Assembly (NCBI GenBank): GCA_963677895.2
Contig: CAXXGJ010000038.1
Coordinates: 160,001 to 224,000, forward strand
DNA length: 64,000 nt
Source of the DNA: Treponemataceae bacterium
GTDB taxonomy: Bacteria > Spirochaetota > Spirochaetia > Treponematales > Rectinemataceae
Reading direction: 5' to 3'
Shown here: piece after piece, positions 59,535-64,000 of the stretch
Position numbering within the stretch: position 1 is the stretch's first letter
How the letters are laid out: each line of letters begins with the position of its first letter
Translations under genes and position numbers: made by a program
Notes under the pieces: generated by a model
Seen by the model: only the letters and a program-made list of their open reading frames with translations
Database searches by the model: none
Told to the model about the DNA's origin: nothing

Positions 59535-60428
59535 TTGGCAGTAGTTACCATGAAGAACCTGCTTGAATCCGGTGTGCATTTCGGTCACCAGGTCAAGCGC
59601 TGGGATCCCAGGATGAAGAAATTCATCTTCGCGGAACGCAACGGGATTCACATCATCGATCTCCAGAAGACCATTCAGGCGATCAAAGACGCCTATGACG
59701 CCGTCCAGAAAGTCGTCAGCTCAGGCAAGACCGTGCTTTTCGTCGGAACGAAAAAGCAGGCTCAGACCGCGATCCAGAAAGAATCCGAGCGCTGCGAGCA
59801 GTTCTATGTCAACAATAGATGGCTCGGCGGCATGCTCACCAATTTCACCACAATCAAGAAATCCATCATGCGCCTCAAGAAAATCGAGCGCATGGAAGTA
59901 GATGGCACCTTCGAAAGCCTGACCAAGAAGGAAGTCGCCAGCCTCCAGAAAGAAAAGATCAAGCTGGAGAAAAACCTTGGCGGCATCAAGGAAATGAAGG
60001 ACCTGCCCGGCATCCTCTTCGTGGTCGATACCCGCAAGGAAGCCATCGCTGTCGCCGAAGCCCAGCGTCTCGGCATCCCCATCGTCGCCGTCGTGGACAC
60101 CAACTGCAACCCCGAAGGGATCACCTATCCCATACCCGGCAACGATGACGCCATCCGTTCCATCAGCCTCTTCACCCAGATCATCGCCAACGCCGTCGTC
60201 GAAGCCGGCGCATCCGAAGGACTCAAGATCATCGAGAGCCTGCCGGTCGAGGAAGTGGAAGAAGTCCATACAGACGCCGTAAAGAAGGAAGATGACGAGG
60301 TCGAAGTCGACATCAGCACCTACGCGGCCGCCGCCGTCGCTCAGGAAGCCGCGGCTCCCGTCGTTGAAGCCGAACCCGAAGTCGCCCTTCCCGTCATCGA
60401 CGAAGACAAGCTCTACGAGAAGAAATAA
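59535..60428 (+). CDS. rpsB: 30S ribosomal protein S2
   Basis: [29 protein letters not shown] start; acidic tail. Confidence 0.98.
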   Translation: MAVVTMKNLLESGVHFGHQVKRWDPRMKKFIFAERNGIHIIDLQKTIQAIKDAYDAVQKVVSSGKTVLFVGTKKQAQTAIQKESERCEQFYVNNRWLGGMLTNFTTIKKSIMRLKKIERMEVDGTFESLTKKEVASLQKEKIKLEKNLGGIKEMKDLPGILFVVDTRKEAIAVAEAQRLGIPIVAVVDTNCNPEGITYPIPGNDDAIRSISLFTQIIANAVVEAGASEGLKIIESLPVEEVEEVHTDAVKKEDDEVEVDISTYAAAAVAQEAAAPVVEAEPEVALPVIDEDKLYEKK

Positions 60429-60439
60429 GGAGCAGAATC

Positions 60440-61294
60440 GTGGATATTAAAGCTTCCGATATCAAGAGCCTCAGGGAAAAAACCGGGGCGGGAATGATGG
60501 ACTGCAAGAAAGCGCTCGTCGAAGCCGAAGGCGACTTCGCGGCCGCAGAAAAGCTCCTCCGCGAATGGGGAATGGCCGGTCTCGAGAAAAGAGCCAACCG
60601 CGCCACCAACGAAGGCAAAATCTTCCTCGTCGAAAAAGACGGCAACGTCGGACTCGTGGAAATCGTCTGCGAAACCGATTTCGTCGCCAAGAACGCCGAT
60701 TTCATCGCCGACGGATACAAGATCGCCGAAAAAGCTTACGCGGCGAAAGCCAACGAAGCCAACGCGGAACTCGACGGCATGGTGAAAGATATCGCCATCG
60801 TCATCAAGGAAAACATCAACCTCAAGCGCGTCCGCTATTTCGAAGCCGCGGCCGACGAGTACCTCCATACCTATACGCACGGCGAAGGCAAGCTCGTCGT
60901 CGTCGTCAGGGCAAAGGCGAAATCCGCCGCCGCTTTCGCCGACGAGAGGGTCAAGGCCTTCATCCATGACGTGGCGCTGCATATCGCCGCCTTCAATCCG
61001 ATGTTCCTCGACCAGAGCCAGCCAGACGCCGGCTGGGTGAAGGAACAGCAGGAAGTCTTCGCCGCGCAGGTCGAGCTGGACGAAAAACTCAAGTCCAAGC
61101 CCGCCAAGGTCGTCGAAGGCATTCTGGCCGGAAAGCTCAAGAAGCTCATGGCAGAGGTCTGCCTCCTGGATCAGCCTTTCGTCAAGGACGAGAAAATGAG
61201 CGTTTCGGCCGCCATGGCCGCCGTCAAGAAAGAGACGGGCACGGATTTCGCGATCGTAAGTTATTCATACATCAAAGTGGGAGACGCCGCCTGA
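60440..61294 (+). CDS. tsf: Elongation factor Ts
   Basis: LREKTGAGMMDCKKAL, CETDFVA. Confidence 0.97.
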   Translation: MDIKASDIKSLREKTGAGMMDCKKALVEAEGDFAAAEKLLREWGMAGLEKRANRATNEGKIFLVEKDGNVGLVEIVCETDFVAKNADFIADGYKIAEKAYAAKANEANAELDGMVKDIAIVIKENINLKRVRYFEAAADEYLHTYTHGEGKLVVVVRAKAKSAAAFADERVKAFIHDVALHIAAFNPMFLDQSQPDAGWVKEQQEVFAAQVELDEKLKSKPAKVVEGILAGKLKKLMAEVCLLDQPFVKDEKMSVSAAMAAVKKETGTDFAIVSYSYIKVGDAA

Positions 61295-61324
61295 AAAGGC
61301 TGACGCCCTATCTGTAAGGCTTAA

Positions 61325-61350
61325 GCGGAGCGGCGTATTCGCCGCTCCGC
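61325..61350. other. Perfect 11-bp GC-rich hairpin between tsf and frr
   Basis: GCGGAGCGGCG-tatt-CGCCGCTCCGC, no U-tract on either strand. Confidence 0.6.
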
Positions 61351-61378
61351 GATTCATTGATAACGAAGGGGAGGAATT

Positions 61379-61933
61379 ATGGAAACGGTGAAAGCCACGT
61401 GCGAAGAGCGCATGAAGAAATCGATCTCGTCGCTGAGGGATGAATTCAATGGCATACGTACCGGCCGAGCGTCCCCCGCCCTCCTCGACAAGATCAGAAT
61501 CGACTACTACGGTCAGAAAAGCCCTCTTTCCCAGGTCGCCACCGTCTCCGTACCGGAGGCCAGGCTCATCGTTATCCAGCCCTGGGACCGCACCCTTTTT
61601 ACCGAAATCGAGAAGGCCATCCTCAAGTCCGAGCTGGGGCTCAACCCCTCCAACGACGGCAAGGTAATCCGCATCGCCATTCCCCCTCTCACCGAACAAA
61701 GAAGGAAGGAATTGGTCAAACAGGCGAAGGCCATCGCCGAACAGTCGAAAGTCGCCGTTCGCAACATACGCCGCGACGGTCTGGAAGAACTGAAGAAGCA
61801 AGCCGCCGCGGGCGGCGTCCCCGAGGACCTGACGAAGAAGGAAGAGGATGAACTTCAGAAACTCACGGATTCCTTCATCGTCCAGATCACCAAGGTGCTC
61901 GAGGAAAAAGAAAAAGAAATCATGGAAGTCTGA
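61379..61933 (+). CDS. frr: Ribosome recycling factor
   Basis: IRTGRA, IQPWD, LNPSNDG, VRNIRRD, KEKEIM. Confidence 0.97.
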   Translation: METVKATCEERMKKSISSLRDEFNGIRTGRASPALLDKIRIDYYGQKSPLSQVATVSVPEARLIVIQPWDRTLFTEIEKAILKSELGLNPSNDGKVIRIAIPPLTEQRRKELVKQAKAIAEQSKVAVRNIRRDGLEELKKQAAAGGVPEDLTKKEEDELQKLTDSFIVQITKVLEEKEKEIMEV

Positions 61934-61971
61934 ATGACTTCATCAACATATGGCGAGCAGCCGAAGAGTCC

Positions 61972-62718
61972 ATGAAAACCTCCACACTCCCCGCTCATGT
62001 CGCCATCATAATGGACGGAAACGGCCGCTGGGCGACGAAACGCGGTCTGCCAAGGACCGAGGGGCATAGGCAGGGACTCGTCGCCGCTAAAAAGATAGTC
62101 GCCGCTTCGTCCAGACTTGGCATCCAATATCTTTCGCTGTACACCTTCTCGACGGAAAACTGGAAGCGAGCCAAAGAGGAAGTAGGTTTTCTCATGACGC
62201 TGGTGAAGAATCATCTATCCTCGGAACTGGACTTTTACCGGCAGAACAAGATCAAGGTTGTTCATTCGGGCTGCAGGAAGGGCCTCTCTTCCGAAATTCT
62301 AGCCGAGATAGATTCGGTGACCGCGGACACGGCTTCCTTCCCGGGGATGGTGGTCAACCTGGCGATAAATTATGGCGGCAGGGATGAACTGGCCAGAGCC
62401 GTCGGAAAAATCGCCGCATCGCTCGATTACACCAGCGGTGATGACCATAACACCGTAAATGCCGGCGAACGCGATTTCCCGGACCTCTTCTCCATGGAAA
62501 ACATCCGCGGAAACCTGGATCATCCGGAAATTCCCGATCCCGACTTTATAATCAGGACAGGCGGCGAATGCCGCCTTTCCAATTTTCTTCTCTGGCAATC
62601 GGCCTATTCCGAACTGTATTTTTCGGACTGCCTTTGGCCCGATTTCGGCGAGCATGAACTGAAAACCGCGCTCGATGATTACGCATCGCGGGACAGACGC
62701 TTTGGGGGAACGAAATGA
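61972..62718 (+). CDS. uppS: Undecaprenyl diphosphate synthase
   Basis: HVAIIMDGNGRWA, FSTENW, NYGGR, IRTGGE.RLSNFLLWQ. Confidence 0.96.
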   Translation: MKTSTLPAHVAIIMDGNGRWATKRGLPRTEGHRQGLVAAKKIVAASSRLGIQYLSLYTFSTENWKRAKEEVGFLMTLVKNHLSSELDFYRQNKIKVVHSGCRKGLSSEILAEIDSVTADTASFPGMVVNLAINYGGRDELARAVGKIAASLDYTSGDDHNTVNAGERDFPDLFSMENIRGNLDHPEIPDPDFIIRTGGECRLSNFLLWQSAYSELYFSDCLWPDFGEHELKTALDDYASRDRRFGGTK

Positions 62719-63596
62719 CCAAGAATACGATCCAGCGACTGCTCATATTTTTTCTGGGCATTCCCCTTTTCATCGCCGTGGTGGTTTTCGCCTCCTTCGG
62801 AAGGAATGTTCTTCTGCTGCTGGTCGTCCTGGTCGTTCAATACCTGGCGGTAGGTGAGGCTTCCGCGCTTTTCGCCGCCAAGAAAATTAAGGTAAGGAAG
62901 AATCTGATCGTCATGCTTTCGCTTGGCGTCAGCCTCGTCGTTTTCCTATCCCCCGATCTCGTCACGATGCTTACGGGAAGCCACACGGCGCTGGAATTGC
63001 TCCTGGCGGCCTCCGTGTTGGGAAGCCTCGCCGTTCTCACTCCCTTCGCCTTCGCGAAGAAAGAAGAATTCGCCGATATACTCCCAAACGCGGCGGCGTC
63101 GCTTTTCGTGTTCTTCTACTGCGGCGTGTTGGGTTCCTTTTTCGTCTACGTCACCTCCTGTTTCGGCCAATACGTGGCTCCCGTCCTGACCTTCACCCTC
63201 ATGACCTTCGGTAACGACAGCCTGGCATGGCTCACCGGCGTGACCTTGGGCAGGAAGCGCGGAATCGTCGCCGTCTCTCCCAGCAAGAGCCTCGCGGGCT
63301 TCATTGGTGGTTTCTCGGGTTCGATAATAGCGGGCTTGATTTCCTATCTCATTTTTCCGGAGAGCGGTTTCGGCTCTCTCGCCGGACCGATTTTCCTGGG
63401 TCTTGCCATGGGCTGCTCCGTCATCGTGGGGGATCTCGCGGAGAGCGCCTTGAAACGTTCGGCAGGCGTCAAGGATTCCAGTTCGCTGGTGCCAGGCAGG
63501 GGCGGCGTGTTGGATTCCTTCGACAGTCTCCTCTTCTCGGCGCCCATTTTCGTTCTGATTTCCTCGCTGCTGGGCTTTTTCCCTCCTCTGGTGTAG
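62715..63596 (+). CDS. cdsA: Phosphatidate cytidylyltransferase
   Basis: SPSKS, GDLAESALKR, KDS...PGRGGVLD. Confidence 0.94.
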   Translation: MTKNTIQRLLIFFLGIPLFIAVVVFASFGRNVLLLLVVLVVQYLAVGEASALFAAKKIKVRKNLIVMLSLGVSLVVFLSPDLVTMLTGSHTALELLLAASVLGSLAVLTPFAFAKKEEFADILPNAAASLFVFFYCGVLGSFFVYVTSCFGQYVAPVLTFTLMTFGNDSLAWLTGVTLGRKRGIVAVSPSKSLAGFIGGFSGSIIAGLISYLIFPESGFGSLAGPIFLGLAMGCSVIVGDLAESALKRSAGVKDSSSLVPGRGGVLDSFDSLLFSAPIFVLISSLLGFFPPLV

Positions 63597-63603
63597 GGGC
63601 CGC

Positions 63604-64000
63604 ATGAATCCTAAAAAAGTGCTCATTCTCGGCGCCACGGGTTCCATCGGCCGCCAGACCATCGACTGCGTCGAAGACGCGAACCGGAAAGCGCCAGGAA
63701 GCTTCATCGTCACGGGGCTTTCGGCCGACAGGAACGCCGAGGCGCTTTTGGCGGCCGGGGCGAAATTTCCCGGGGCCCTCCTCGCCATGAATGGCGAGAG
63801 CGGGTTGGAGTGCGGGACGGCCAGAGGGATAGACTGGTGCGGCGACGGCGCGATCGCTTCTCTCATCAGGAACTCCGACGCGGACCTGGCGGTGAACGGC
63901 ATTGCCGGCGCCGCCGGCCTCCTTGCCTCCTTTGAGGCGCTTTCTTCAGGCAAGAACCTCGCCCTTGCCAACAAGGAATCGGTGGTGATGGGCTACAGCC
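63604..64000 (+). CDS. dxr: 1-deoxy-D-xylulose-5-phosphate reductoisomerase, truncated by the window end
   Basis: ATG 63604, ILGATGSIG, GIAGAAGL, LALANKES; absent from the ORF track because no stop lies in the window. Confidence 0.93.
   Translation, partial: MNPKKVLILGATGSIGRQTIDCVEDANRKAPGSFIVTGLSADRNAEALLAAGAKFPGALLAMNGESGLECGTARGIDWCGDGAIASLIRNSDADLAVNGIAGAAGLLASFEALSSGKNLALANKESVVMGYS

Noticed and set aside
1..64000. CRISPR arrays, IS elements, prophage, defence systems, REP-like repeat families
   Set aside because: No spaced direct repeats, transposase, integrase or phage genes were seen; the intergenic hairpins are unrelated to each other in sequence.

Overview
GC-rich bacterial chromosomal segment, almost entirely core genes. 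The gene order (rpsB-tsf-frr-uppS-cdsA-dxr without pyrH; mltG-dnaG-rpoD-Zn-ribbon-rnpB-TPR-mreBCD-pbp2-rodA; prfB-ORF-ftsY-lol; murC-yicC-cmk-like; alpha2-type glyQS) suggests Spirochaetota (Treponema/Rectinema-like); this is an inference. It holds about 55 CDS, RNase P RNA, three tRNAs (Tyr-GTA, Thr-TGT, Arg-CCG) and prfB with its +1 frameshift. No IS, integrase, prophage, CRISPR array or defence island was seen. Most notable: (1) a XerCD dif-like 28-mer at 39766-39793, where about 23 kb of + strand genes meet about 19 kb of - strand genes in a local AT-rich trough, so the window probably spans the replication terminus; a second Xer-like palindrome abuts it; (2) a purine-nucleoside ABC transporter/deoD operon extended by a nitroreductase-family flavoprotein and an intact Rieske oxygenase, a candidate modified-purine salvage pathway; (3) an archaeal-type NMP kinase in the usual gmk slot after yicC although a normal cmk is also present; (4) an RNase P RNA with a 77-nt P9 arm; (5) long structured leaders before glyQS and rpsB; (6) a galactokinase homologue with a degenerate active site. 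All calls were made by eye, without database searches.
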